DNA from: Azolla caroliniana
Taxonomy: Eukaryota > Plantae > Polypodiophyta
Length of the DNA: 64,000 nucleotides
NCBI GenBank assembly: GCA_043228905.1
Contig: JBHGNT010000041.1
Coordinates: forward strand, 166,075-230,074
Direction: 5' to 3'
In this document: positions 23,936 to 37,330 of the stretch, one piece after another
How the letters are laid out: each line of letters begins with the position of its first letter
Position numbering within the stretch: position 1 is the stretch's first letter
Translations under genes and position numbers: made by a program
Notes under the pieces: model-generated
What the model saw: only the letters and a program-made list of their open reading frames with translations
Database searches by the model: none
What the model was told of the DNA's origin: nothing

Positions 23936-26545
23936 GCTCGTGTCTAACTACTACCAAATATTAAAGAGGGCAAGTGAGGGAATCGCGAGCACAGACGGTG
24001 CATGTCGCTCAACTAAGGGCATGTGCGATCTGCACCGTCTGATGTGAATAAAAAGTTGACAGCCTCTGTCACCAAGAGCCCAACTCTTTGACAGCCTCTG
24101 TCACTAGGAGCTCGACCAACTATGGGTAGGAGCCTGACTCTTAAATAATTGAAAGTAAAAAAAATAGAGTAGTAAGTGAATAGGGTATTGATTAGAGTTG
24201 TTTGGAAAATTTGTTAGGTGTATGGTTCGAATTTTTTTTTTCTTTAAATTCTTTCTTTTTGGGTTTTCTTCTTCTTCGACTTCTTTCTTTTTTAGGGTTC
24301 CAACATTTGGTTTAGGGTATGTAGTCACTTTACACTTCATTTACATTTAAAGGTTCATAATGGTGGTATTGAATTCAACACCTTAATTACTAAATGTGTT
24401 CATGGTGCCATAATAGTCTAAAAGCTGTAAAATTGTCATCATCAAACACTTAACCATATGTTGTTGACCGTACCTTTGTGCCCTAGTATATACTAAACAT
24501 TTGCAAACTTTGATTGATACAAGTGGACTTATGCTTTAGTTGCCAAATTGAACATTTGTATTTCTGTAACTCTTAAGATGCTTCTTTTCATAATTCACTG
24601 ATGACATTCCAAATAAGATTTTTCTCCATCTTAGATATCCTCTAATGTGCAATATTCTTGCCAAAGATCAAGCAAGTTGAGAACTTTAAAAGATGAAAAG
24701 TTGATGTATTGGAAATTTCTAAGGTGGCCTATGCATGGATTGCTACGATAGTGCAATCAAATTTTCTATCATTGAATTCTTAGCCAAGAATGCATGCGAG
24801 AGTTTTAGGTGGAATGCCCTTGAACTATTTTGGCAACATGATACAACCAAATAGATCTTTATAGAAGGTCAAAATAATTATTTATTTAATGCTTGTCTAC
24901 TTCAAAATAGCTTGAATACACATATTCATAACTTTGCTTGGAAAGTGATTTTGTAGCTCAAACAATATTGGAAGCAAATACTACCTGATTTTCTCACTTC
25001 TTTTTATAGTTGATAATCAGCTCACTTCTTTTTACAGCTTGCAAGAGCTCATTTGCCAAATAAAAATAGAATGGCAAGCATCACCACTTCTCCCTAGATG
25101 GTCACTTAGCTTACACAATTATTATATCATAGTTTCACATTTACAAGTTACAACATGATGAATTCTCATCTTTTGCAATTGTAGATCTTTTACTCTATGA
25201 TCCTTGTAATCCACATTGAGCCCTTAACACTTTTGTTCAAGTAAAGTTAGCTCTTACCATTCGGGCTATGTTTGATTGTCACTTTAATATGCAACTCACT
25301 CATGTTCCAAGTAAAGTTAACTCTCATAATTTGGACTTTTTCTTGATTCTTTGACTTTATACCATGGAATACTCTATTTATGGATCATGATCCAACACAA
25401 GAAGAAATGACACATTCACATTTTCAAACTCACTCATGTTCCATGTAAAGTTACCTTTCATAATTTGGGCATTTTCTTGGTTCTTTGACTTTATACCATG
25501 GAATACTACTACCTACGGATCATCAACTAACATAAGAAAAAATGACACAATAACACATTCACATTTTTAAACTCGCAGAAAGCATTGGACACCACTTGGA
25601 ATTTCCAAGGTTAAATAGAAATAGCAAACAACTACTAAAGAGTACCAGAAACAGTGGCATCTATAAAATTTCAATTCCACATGAAAGATTCCATATTAGT
25701 GTGTAAAAATAAATTTCCATACATACATCTCTCTGCAGTACCAGTATCAATATATGACTACAAAGTAGAAACACTGGAACTGTGTTCATTCCACCACCAG
25801 AGCAATACTGACGTGATTGAAAACAATGAATCCGAGGTAAAAGAGGCTATTGTGTCCAATATACCCATTATAGGCTATTGTCATGGAAGACTACAACTAA
25901 TATGGCCGATATCGTCCTGAACTTCTACCAGTATTTGTTCTGTTACCATGTCCATGTCTTTGACACTATGAACCCAAACCGAAACTTCAGTGATCTCTGT
26001 ATGGAGCAAAGCTTGTGATAACTTTCAACTACGAGGTCCTTGATAAGGAATCAACAACCTCTACTAGCGCCAGTAAAAGATTTCCATATTCCCCACCACA
26101 CCATCGATCTGCATCATCTCACAATACTTCATTCCACCTCCCTTCAAGTTTTCCAACCCCTTTCCCCATCATAGTTGATTCGTCCATCCTAAAAATGCAA
26201 TGTAACCACAAATCCATGTTATCAAGACAAAAACATCTTATACCTTAGATTTCATATCTAATATCGAATTACGTTATATATCTAAGTCAGGCTCCTCAGC
26301 CTACTACCTGAGGTGAGTCAAGCTCCTCGAGCGCCTGCTTCAGTTGAGTCAAGCTCCTTGGGCTCTTGCTTCAATTGAATCAAGCTCCTTGGGCTCCCCA
26401 TAAAGTGAAAATTTGAGAGCGCGCTTTTTTTATCCACATCGGACGATGTAGATCGCACGTGCCCTCAGTTGAGCGACCTACATCGTCTGTGCCCACGATT
26501 CCCTCACTTGCCCTCTTTAATATTTGGTAGTAGTTAGACACGGCG
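23936..26545. mobile_element. MULE copy 3: non-autonomous, 2.6 kb
   Basis: Well-matched ~120-bp TIRs (CGTGTCTAACTACTACCAAATATTAAAGAGGGCAAGTGAGGGAATCG...). 10-bp TSD TACCATACAT at 23926-23935 and 26546-26555. Confidence 0.9.
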
Positions 26546-26623
26546 TACCATACATACATGTTGTCATGCATACACAATACATACATACATACATACATAC
26601 ATACATACATACATACATAACAT

Positions 26624-27182
26624 TGTTGGGAAAACTAGTCCCTCCAGATGGGAAGAAGAGAAATCAAATGGAGTCAATTGAGTACTAATCGGTGAGATAA
26701 GCCGAATCAATTGATTGCCAACTCGGCCGAGGCGAAAAAATCGAATAATAATAGTTTGGCTAATAGCCAAATCAGCCGAAGTCGACTCGATGCTAGATTT
26801 GTAAATAGTCATATATGAACACGAGTATAAATATTCTTAGGGCAAGTAGTTAGATTATTATTATGATTGTTGTTGAAAAGTTACAATTTGTAGTTGCTTC
26901 TGTAACTAATGTATGTGTGTATGAGAGAGAGAGTTGTAACTCTACAATTGTCTGTAGACGAAGAGAAGCTCAAGGTTGTTGCCTTAGAGTCTTATGTGTA
27001 TTCCTTTTACATATAGTGATTTCTTGGAGTTTGCAGACTCCTGTGGTTTTTCCCCTTTTCGGGTTTTCCATGTAAAATACTTGTGTCTCTATACTTCTAT
27101 CAATTTCTATTTCGGTTTCTTTTGTCTTGTTTTTGCATTTGACTTGCTACCCAGTTGTGTCCGGTCTCCCTCATTTACAACA
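26624..27182 (+). mobile_element. Solo LTR inserted in the (TACA)n spacer
   Basis: TGTTG...CAACA ends. 5-bp TSD AACAT at 26619-26623 and 27183-27187. Confidence 0.85.
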
Positions 27183-27529
27183 AACATACACACACACACA
27201 CACACATATATACGCTTGTGTCTATCTGCTATGAAATCATAATAAGGTCCGGTGAGGGAACCATAGCCACGAGCGTGTGGCGATTTGCACTGGCAGATCA
27301 TTATCCAAAAAGCGCGGCATTTGCACCCTCTATCACCATGAGCCCAACTCTGACAACATCTGCCACTAGTAGCCTGACTCTTTGGAAGCTCATGTCATCA
27401 AGTGCCCGACTAAAAGTCTAACATCAAAAACTTCAAAAAGCTTCTACCATTAAAACAACAATATGACATCAAAAACTCTGAGTTTGAAATATATAAAACT
27501 TCCACCATTAAAAGTAAAACACACCCATT

Positions 27530-28640
27530 CGGCCATTTGTTGCAGACACATTCCTCAATAGCAACCTTGTCGAAGAATCCTAACCCTTGCCGAATCCATG
27601 GAATAGCTTCCTAAGTCATTTGTAATTGAGACTTCCATGATTCCATGTCTACTGGTTCTGCCTCAATCTCCATGGCTAGTTTTGCCTCTGTTTGCACTTT
27701 TGTTTCTATGATATCATCAATTCGCAATTGGGCCGCATGATATATAAATGGTAACGACCCACATAGGGATGCCATATGCCTCTCAATGATCATCCGAATT
27801 CCAAGTAAATGCTTACATTTACTTGCAAGGTCTTCGCTATCACAATATGAGCATTGGAGCGAGACATTATACCATAGAGTGGGAGTCGTCATGCACGATA
27901 TTCTAAACCAACATCGAGCCTCATCCACAATATGCATTGTGTTGGTATTAGACACATACCACACAAGTATCCTCTCAGCCTCTTTAAGTCTTGACCTTTG
28001 ATCCCTAGAATTTCCATGGGGCACAAATCTACCACTCTCACATATATTCTTATCGTTTCATGTACCATTCTATGAAGGTCCCTCTTATGCAAGTGAAGAT
28101 TTCAATGTCCCTGATTAAGATATGCACAAGATTGGTAATAGATTGGTGATAAACTGTCAAAATCTCGGTTTATTGGTTGTGTCAATATGTACGTAGTTGA
28201 ATAATCTACCAAGCTTGGGCCATAGATTCCTCCACACAAAAGTCAAGCCACACCATCCTCCTTCTATATATTGCACGCACCAAGTTTGTCAACGTATTCT
28301 ACCTTTAACTCCTCACACATAGCATTGAAGGCGGTTTCCGTAATGCAATGCATGAGTTGGCACATCCGTTGATAGAGGTGATTTCTCTCGGCCCACTTGT
28401 CAACTAACAAAATAAAAGGCGGCCACCACTCACACATTTCCAACATCAACTGATCTTAAGGTATCAAGATAAATGGTTCCCTGGCTGGAGATCCATTTCG
28501 ACTAGGCCAATATGATTGGACATGAGCCACTTTGCCTAGATTCAGAGTGCATAGGCATATTGCATCATCAAAGACCAATTAACTTCTAACAATGCACTTT
28601 CGATTTTTAATGTATTTGCCATATTATGGACCTTTGTTGA
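27530..28640 (-). pseudogene. MULE transposase remnant (SWIM region), paralogue of 8870-11617
   Basis: WYNVSLQCSYCDSEDLASKCKHLLGIRMIIERH and HLYQRMCQLMHCITET. Confidence 0.85.
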
Positions 28641-28765
28641 TCACCATATTCACCAACATTTCAAAATACCATTTACACTTTGACACCATATTCCAAATGT
28701 TGAATCACATATATACACATTAATGCCAATCACCACATGGTCACTATGACACCATATATAAAATG

Positions 28766-31700
28766 TGTTGAGAATCAAGCTCAACTTGGTCTAGTGTGTG
28801 AACTCACCTTGAGAGTGAATAGACACACCAATGGTCAAGAGTCACCATTAAGTTACCACTTTGTATTCTAGCATTTAGTATGAGTCATAGAATCATACGT
28901 ATTCTATAACACATAACTTATGAGCTTTCACATTCCCCATGCTTATGAGTTTTGTAGTTAATGAAGAGAGAGGGTGACTATATAAAGCACCCTCCTCCCT
29001 CTTTGTAAAATGTTGAGTCTTTCTCCTTTGTTAATATAATCTAACTTGCATATACTCTATGACTTACTCCTTGTCTATCTCACTCACTCACTCACTCTCT
29101 CTCTCTCTCATACACACACAGTTCACACCTATTCCGCTACACAAGAATCCTACCCGATTCTTTACATGGTATCAGAGCGATTTGGTAGCTCGATCTAGCC
29201 CATTCACCTCATCGTGATCGTGTGTTGTGCTCTACGCCGACAACCAAGAACCGGCTCATCGCTATCGTAGCTTCACTACATAGCTCACATTCGAAGAGAG
29301 AAGAAGAAGAAGAAGAAGAAGAATCGACATAATGAATACTCAAATGGGGAGCGCTCTCCCTACCGAAAAGTTGAATCAAAACAACTTCGCATCTTGGGAG
29401 TACAAGATGCACCAATATCTTGTCAGAAAAGGCTATTGGAGCTACATCAAAGGAGAGCACAAAGACTGACCCGCCGAAGCGGCTCCCGGATACGTGACAT
29501 GGGAGCAAGCTGCAAGTCACATGATGTATTACTTGGCGACATGTGTTCACAATCACATGCTCAGCTACATTCGCGAAGCCAAGACGCCGAAGGAGGCATG
29601 GGAAAATCTACGAAAGATTTTCGCGGCGAACACAACCGCAAGAAGGCTTCAACTCCGCCAAGAGTTGAACAACATTCAACAAAGGGACATGTCCATCACG
29701 ACATACACCTTGAAGATCAAGGAGCTTTGCGACTCGCTCGGCTTGATAAGCATAAGTATCGATGATGATGAGATGGTGCAAATATGCCTCGGCGGCCTCG
29801 CACCACGGTTCGGCGCGATGCGAACCGCCGTTCTAGCAAGGGAGAAATCTCCCTCCTTCTTCGAGCTCCAATCAATGGTATTGATCGAAGAAAACCACGT
29901 GCATACAAGGAGCAATGAGTCAGAAGGCCACATGCTCTACACACACTCGAACAGAGGAAGAGGACGCGGACAAGTGAGAGGCCGATTCAGCCAAGGACAA
30001 ACCGGACGAGGTCCGACCTACGACAACAACTCCCAATTTCGGCCGCAAAACGGAAGCCAACGAGGAACCTTCGCAGGAAGGGGGAGCTTCCACTCCGGCC
30101 CGAGCCGTCAAAACGCAACCAAATGCGGATATTGCGGAAAGCTCGACCACCACGAAGAAGAGTGCCGAAAGAAGATGCGTGAATCAGCTTCCACAAGCCG
30201 ACAACTCACGAATTACGCACACAATTCCGAATACGAAGAGTATAGCAGAATATACAGGCACAACTCCAACTACGAAGATCGTGGCAGACTGTATGCACAC
30301 AACTCCGACCGTGGCGGAATGTTCATGATGAAACATAGAGCAAACTCTATGTCGGCCTCTACCTCAACTCGTGCCTCCGGTCCGGAAGACGTATGGTTTG
30401 TCGATTCCGGTGCCTCGAACCATATGACATCGCATCAAAAATGGTTCTAAGAACTTCGAGAGCCGGACCGACCCAGCTATGTCGAAACCGGAGACGACAC
30501 TACGGACCCGATTTGGCACATCGGCAATGTTCCGTTCGGAAAAGAAGGTAAGCAAAATTACATTAAAAATTTCTTGCATGTACCAACCATTACGAAGAAT
30601 TTGGTCTCTGTTGGCCAAATTGTAGAGCAAGGGATGCAAGTTCGATTTAATCAAGGCGGTTGCTTCATCGAAAAAGAGGGCCAACTCATCGCACGCAGAC
30701 GAAGAGAGGGCCGAATGTTCATTCTCGACTCACACGAGATGAAATCCGCCATGTTCGCAAAGGGCATGAAAGCCGACTCCGACATAGAGCTATGGCACAA
30801 GCGAATCGGCCACATCAATCTCAACAAACTCAAAGCAATGAAATCGAAAGGAGTCGTCATCGTACTTCCGACATTCAAAGAGAAGGAGATTGAAGGTGTA
30901 TGTGAAGTGTGCCAATTCGGCAAGCAAAACCGACACCCATTCCCGAAAGAGCGGAACGTGAGCAAAGGTCTACTCGACGTAGTCCATTTCGACGTATGGG
31001 GACCAGCGCAGACGGCTACATTCGGCGGATGCCGATATTACGTACTCTTCATCGACAACTTCTCTAGGCACACTTGGATCTACCCAATGCGGCAAAAGAG
31101 CGAAGTGTTCGGACACTTCCAAAAAATTAAGAATGAAGTTGAGAAAGCCACGGGCCTACATCTACGATGCCTTCGATCGGATGGCGGCAAGGAGTACTTC
31201 GCGGACGATTTCATGGCGTATCTCCGAAAGGAAGGAATTCATCGAGAATTCACTTGTCGACACACTCCGCAACAAAACGGAGTAGCCGAGCACAAAAATT
31301 GGCACATCCTCGAAGTAGCGCGGGCCATGATGAACGAGAAGTATATGCCCAAGTCATATTGGGCCGAAGCTGCAAATACGGCCGTCTAGCTAATGATCCG
31401 GTGCACAACATCCAACGTGCATGAGGTCACTCCGCACGAAAAATACTTCGGAAAGAAGCCGGACTTATCGCACATCAGGATATTCGAAGCGATAGTGTAC
31501 GTGCAAATCCCCGACGAGAAGCGTCAAAAGCTTGACCCGAAGTCGGAGAAATGTATCCTCGTAGGATACTCACTGGAGCAAAAGGGGTACAAGTGCTACA
31601 ACCCCTCAACTCGAAAATCTCGAGTAAGTCAAGACGTTGTTTTTGACGAATCTGCATCCTGGTACGCACTAGAGACAACTCTGACTCCACTCGACCCAGA

Positions 31701-34181
31701 ATCCTCCGAACAAGACATAGAGGATGAAGATCGCCTTACGCACATGTTCGAAGAAAGTCCGATCACGACCCAACTGAGCGGACCACAAGAGCCTTTGAGT
31801 GATCAAAGCACATCACGGCCTAGCCCAAAGATGGACAAAGGCAAGGCGAAAATGTCGGAATATGAAGACGATCGCTTCAACGACGATGAGTCGACTCACT
31901 CACTCGACATTGAGTTCGGCGGCTTCGAGGTACCAATCGGAGCTAAGAAAGCCCTCATCTCTGCAAATGAAAAGCTCTGTCGATCCACCCGTGAAAAGAA
32001 CCCCGTAAGCTGATTCGGCTACAACGATTATATGGTGTACCATTACGCCTTTATGATGAAGGTGGCAACAGTACGGGAGCCGGAAACCTTTTCCGAAGCC
32101 GCGATGGATCGAAGCAATGAACGAGGAGATGCAGGCACTACGGAAGAACGAGACGTGGGATCTTGTTCCCACCTCACCACACAAAAAGGCAATCGGATGT
32201 AGATGGATTTACAAAGTGAAGTACAACGTTGACGGTTCCGTCAACCGCTACAAAGCGCGACTCGTAGTGAAAGGTTACGCACAAACGCACGGAGTTGACG
32301 ACGAAGAGACCTTTGCCCCGGTGGCAAAGATGACGATGGTACGGACCGTAATTGCGCTTGCCGTGGCGAAAGGGTGGCACCTCCATCAAATGGAAGTCAA
32401 GAACGCATTTCTACAAGGCGAATTAGAAGAGGAGGTGTACATGATACAACCACCCGGCTTCAACTCGAGCACCCATCCGAAAATTGTATGCCGACTCAAG
32501 AAGCCACTCTACGGCCTCAAGCAAGCACCGCGTGCTTGGCATTCGAAGATAACGCAATATCTTCATCAAATCGGCTTCCGTATGTCAAAATCGGACAACT
32601 CCCTCTACATACGAAGCGATTCCGCAAGTTCGATCGTCACCATCTTATATGTGGATGACCTAGTCATTGGAGGTGAGCATCTCGTCGAAATCAATAAGGT
32701 CAAATCTCTCCTTTCCGACAAGTTCGAGATGACGGACATGAAGGAGCTTTACTACTTCCTTGGCATCGAGGTAATTCGGACTCCGGCCGGAATCATGATC
32801 TCTCAATGGCACTACATCCTCAACTTGTTATACAAGTTCGGGATGGCTGAGTGCAAATCCGCGGCAACCCCGCTCGATTGAAATCTCAAACTGGATGCGA
32901 ACTCCGGCACCAAAGCATGTGAGCCGACTCAATATCGGCAACTCATCGAGAGTCTCATCTACCTCACAATCACCCGACCCGATCTCAGTTATCCGGTTGG
33001 TCTCCTTAGTCAATTCATGCAAACACCACGTGATACTCACTTGGATTGCGCTAAGCGAGTTCTACGATACGTGAGCGGCACAATGGATTGTGGCATCCTC
33101 TACAAGACCGCGATGCCAATACGACTCGAGGGGCACACAGACACCGATTGGGCCGGCTACAAAGCTGATAGAAGATCAACCTCCGGATTTGTTTTCTCCC
33201 TCGACAGCAGAGCAATCTCCTGGAGCAGCAAAACGCAACCAACTGTCACTCTTTCAAGCACAGAGGCAGAATACAGGAGCGCGGCAGTGGCCGCATGTGA
33301 AGCCATATGGCTCAAAAGGATACTCAAGGATCTGGGTGTACCCATCAAGGATCCGACCTCCCTTTAGTGCAACAACATGAGCAGTATTTATCTGGCTTGG
33401 AACCCGGTGTTCCACGCGCGGACAAAGCACATCGAAGTGCACTATCACTTCATCCGAGAGCGCGTTCTAACTGGCGATGTCAACCTACAACACATTAGCA
33501 CAAATCTCCAAACGGCCGACATCTTCACTAAAGCCTTAAGAGCTGACAAACTATGGCAATTCATGACCGATCTCGGATTGACGATCCCTGACCTACAAAG
33601 CTTGAGGGGGAGTATTGAAGACACTACGCAATAACGCGTAGATTCCGCAATCGCGCACTACACAATAATGCGTGGATTCCGCAACCACGCAACGAAGTCG
33701 TAAAGAAAGATGCAAGCCGAAGCACAGACTTCGCAACTACGCACAACAAAAGCTGGAGCACGGATTCCACAACTCTGCATAAAGTGAGTCAACGCGAGTG
33801 GATTCGGACTCCGGAACGCGAGTCGAAGTGGATTTCAGATACCGTTTAAAACCGACCCGACTTGAGCTTGAGGGGGCGTGTTGAGAATCAAGCTCAACTT
33901 GGTCTAGTGTGTGAACTCACCTTGAGAGTGAATAGACACTCCAACGGTCAAGAGTCACCATTAAGTTACCACTTTGTATTCTAGCATTTAGTATGAGTCA
34001 TAGAATCATATTCTATGACACATAACTTATGAGCTTTCACATTCCCCATGTTCCATGAGTTTTGTAGTTAATGAAGAGAGAGGGTGACTATATAAAGCAC
34101 CCTCCTCCCTCTTTGTAAAATGTTGAGTCTTTCTCCTTTGTTAATATAATCTAACTTGCGTATACTCTATGTCGTACTCCT

Positions 34182-34234
<53 letters not shown>

Positions 34235-34292
34235 CACACACACACAATTCACACCTATTCCGCTACACAAGAATCCTACCTGATTCTTTACA
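28766..34292 (+). mobile_element. Ty1/copia element 1: full-length, degenerate
   Basis: LTRs 28766-29166 and 33879-34292 (TG...CA). TSD AAATG. PBS TGGTATCAGAGC at 29167. PPT GAGGGGGCG before 33879. Confidence 0.95.
29344..33634 (+). pseudogene. Copia gag-PR-INT-RT-RH with stops and frameshifts
   Basis: CGYCGKLDHHEEEC, WFVDSGASNHM, LWHKRIGH, RSDGGKEY, YKARLV, LYVDDL and SSTEAEY. Confidence 0.95.
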
Positions 34293-34559
34293 AAATGCGT
34301 CAGAATTTGCTTCATCGTTCATATGAATCAATTATACGACGAATGTCGAATATACTATGTACAAAATGGTTGATATACGAAATGTTCTTACAATGATAAT
34401 ACACCGAATATACAAAAATGGTATTACAAACATGGGAACATACAATATGAGATGGTTGGCCCAACAATTTAAGATATTAGAAACCCCAAAACACGGCATG
34501 CTAATTTCACCATACTCTTTCGAAGGAGCTCTACGTCTTCATGACCACACTAGTGCACC

Positions 34560-34805
34560 ACAATACATCTATGAACCAATGCTTAAATCTAAATTTGGGT
34601 CATACTTACAAAATCGGGAGATCCAAATCCTTGAATAAACTCCTCAACTAGCATTTGAATTGTCTACATCACGTAATAGCCACAGTCGGTCCCATTGGGT
34701 TCCATTGGGATGTGCATTTCGTGATGTCTTCCCTCAATTATGATGCAATGGTCTTGTGGCAGGCTACAAATTTGACATACAACCATATCTATGAATGTCT
34801 CAAGG
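34560..34805 (-). pseudogene. C-terminal part of the Ulp1-like gene of MULE4
   Basis: Reverse complement of 34650-34705 reads PNGTDCGYYVM*TIQML, matching QPSGWDCGFYVMKTIQML of copy 2. Confidence 0.7.
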
Positions 34806-37330
34806 TGTAGGTCATCAGATTATTCAATGGATCGTAGAAGACTATTAGGTTGGTCACCTTCTAAGCATCCACATTGGTTGGATTGTGCCGGATTGTCACT
34901 ATATAAAGTGACTTTGTAACCTTTTAGTAGGTTGTTGGTTGTCATTTGTAACTGTTGTTATTAAGAAATAAAACGCTTCTTTGTGCCTATCTCTCTCTCT
35001 CTCTTTCTCTGTGTGTATCTTGTTCATTCTCATACATAGGTTCTTCAACATCACAGATGTTGTTTGTTCTTCCGCACTGATGACCTTGTCCCCAACATTT
35101 GGTATCAGAGCGTTGGAGGTTCTTCAACCCGTTGTCGGCCGTCATAGCACACCACACAACTTTCTGTTTCTGTTTTTCTTGAAGAACAGAGAAGAGACAA
35201 GACAAACAAGAAGTCTGCATCTCACTGTGTTAAATCACTAATAGCAGTAAGCTAGCCGGTTGTACTCTGTTCCTGTGATTGTAACCACTTGAGATTGGTC
35301 TCCAGGCAACAACCAAATTCGTGCTTCATTCGGTTGATCGACATTCGGGAGGATTAGTTGGATCCATCCCTCTCATCGTTGCAGTCATCCGAAGCAGAAT
35401 CGGCCTAAACAATCGGTTTCTTGTGATCGGTATTCGGCATACAATCGGAAGCTAACCGGAGTCACTCCAAGAAGGCTCAGCAAACAAGTATCCGAATCCA
35501 AACCGACTTGGGTTCAAGACCGACTAGAACGATACCGGGTGAGCCGATCGGCTGCACCCAACTAAGGTTCCTAGTCAACTCCGAATAGAGTCTTACCAAC
35601 CGAAACCGAATCAGATGGCATCAACATCCGGCTCATCGGAGATGAGTCTAAGGAGGTTCGACGGTTCGAACTTCAACTTCTGGAAGGAACAAATGCAGGA
35701 CTATCTCATAGTCAAGGGTCAGGTAGACCCGATTGAGAATGAAAATCCTCCAGAAGCATACAAGGCAAACGAGTGGCTAAAGCTGGACAGAATTGTCCGC
35801 GCCACAATTCGGATGCACTTGTCGGAGTCAGTGTACTTCACAGTGCAATCATGCTCGACATCTTTTGAACTTTGGAAAACATTGTCGAAAACCTATGAAA
35901 AGAAGGTCGCCGCAACAAAGATGTATCTAATCCGGCGCCTCTACAACTTGCGGATGAAAGAATCTGATTCGGTTCAAGCACACCTCAACGAGTACAAAAG
36001 CCTAAGCTCCCAAATATCATCTCAGGGGACGGCAATAGAGGATGAACTCATAGCAATGATACTCATGAGTAGTCTCCCCTCTTCTTGGGAAACTTTTGTC
36101 ACAACCGTGTGCAATGCTTCAACAACTGCCATTAAGTACTCTGAAATCATGAGCGCAATCCTGACTGAAGGAGCTCAGAGAAAGTCTTTCACCAAAGACT
36201 CGGCAGATGAAGCTTATGTAGTACAAGGTTCAACCGACCGATCGAACAACCGTGGAAGAAGTTCTTCCCGACCGCCGAACAATCAGCGAAGCCAGAGCAA
36301 GTCCCGGGACAACTGAATCTGCAACTAATGCAAGAAACCGGGACACTCAAAGCCGACTATCGGGCACTCAAAGCAAAAACCGACAAAGCTTAGAGAGCAG
36401 ATCAGAAGAGTAGCCGGCATGAGGAGGTCAACTATGTCGGCTCTTCAGCCGAAATTTTGACGACAAACCCGAACATACTGTCCATAGAGAACCCAGTCGA
36501 ATCAGAAGTTCTGCTTACGACCGAGGAATCAAGCACATGGCTCCTGGACTCGGGCGCATCGTATCATGTGACCCCTCACCGATCTCAGTTTCGGCAATAC
36601 TCGGACCGGCACTCTGACTCAGTTCGAGTCGGGAACTCGCAACACTGTGCCATAATCGGAATCGGCACCATAGAGCTCAACCTTGCGGGTGGCTCTACAC
36701 TCGTACTACACAACTTCCAACACGTTCCTGAGCTTTCAAGACCCTTGATCTCAGTCGGACAACTTGATGAAGCTGGCATCTGTGCCGGGTTCTCATCAGG
36801 AGGGTGGACACTCCACAAAGGGAACCTCCTACTTGCTCGAGGACCAAAGGTACACTCTTTGTACCCTTTAGATGTCACACTCAAACAGGGTGACTTGTTT
36901 TTGGTTGATATCCCCATGTCATCGTTATGGCACGGACGACTTGGACACCTCAGCAAGGCCGGCATAACGCACCTATCCAGAGCCGGTTACATCCCCAAGC
37001 TCTACTTCTCGGATCACCAATTCTGCGAGCATTGCCAGTACGGCAAACAGGTAGCCGCATCACACCCGACATCATCACCAAGAGAATCAAGTCCCCTCAA
37101 TTTGGTCCACTCGGACGTCTATGGCCCGATGCCACATTAGTCTCTCAACGGTGCTTCGTACTTCATCAGTTTTATTGACAACTCGACTCGGAAGGTGTGG
37201 GCTTACCCCATTAGAACCAAAGTTCGGGTGTTCCCGATCTTCTCCGAATGGCTTGCAATGGTCGAAAACCAGACCGGTCGGAAACTAAAATGTCTCCAAA
37301 CCGATAATGGAGGAGAATTTCAAGTCTGAC

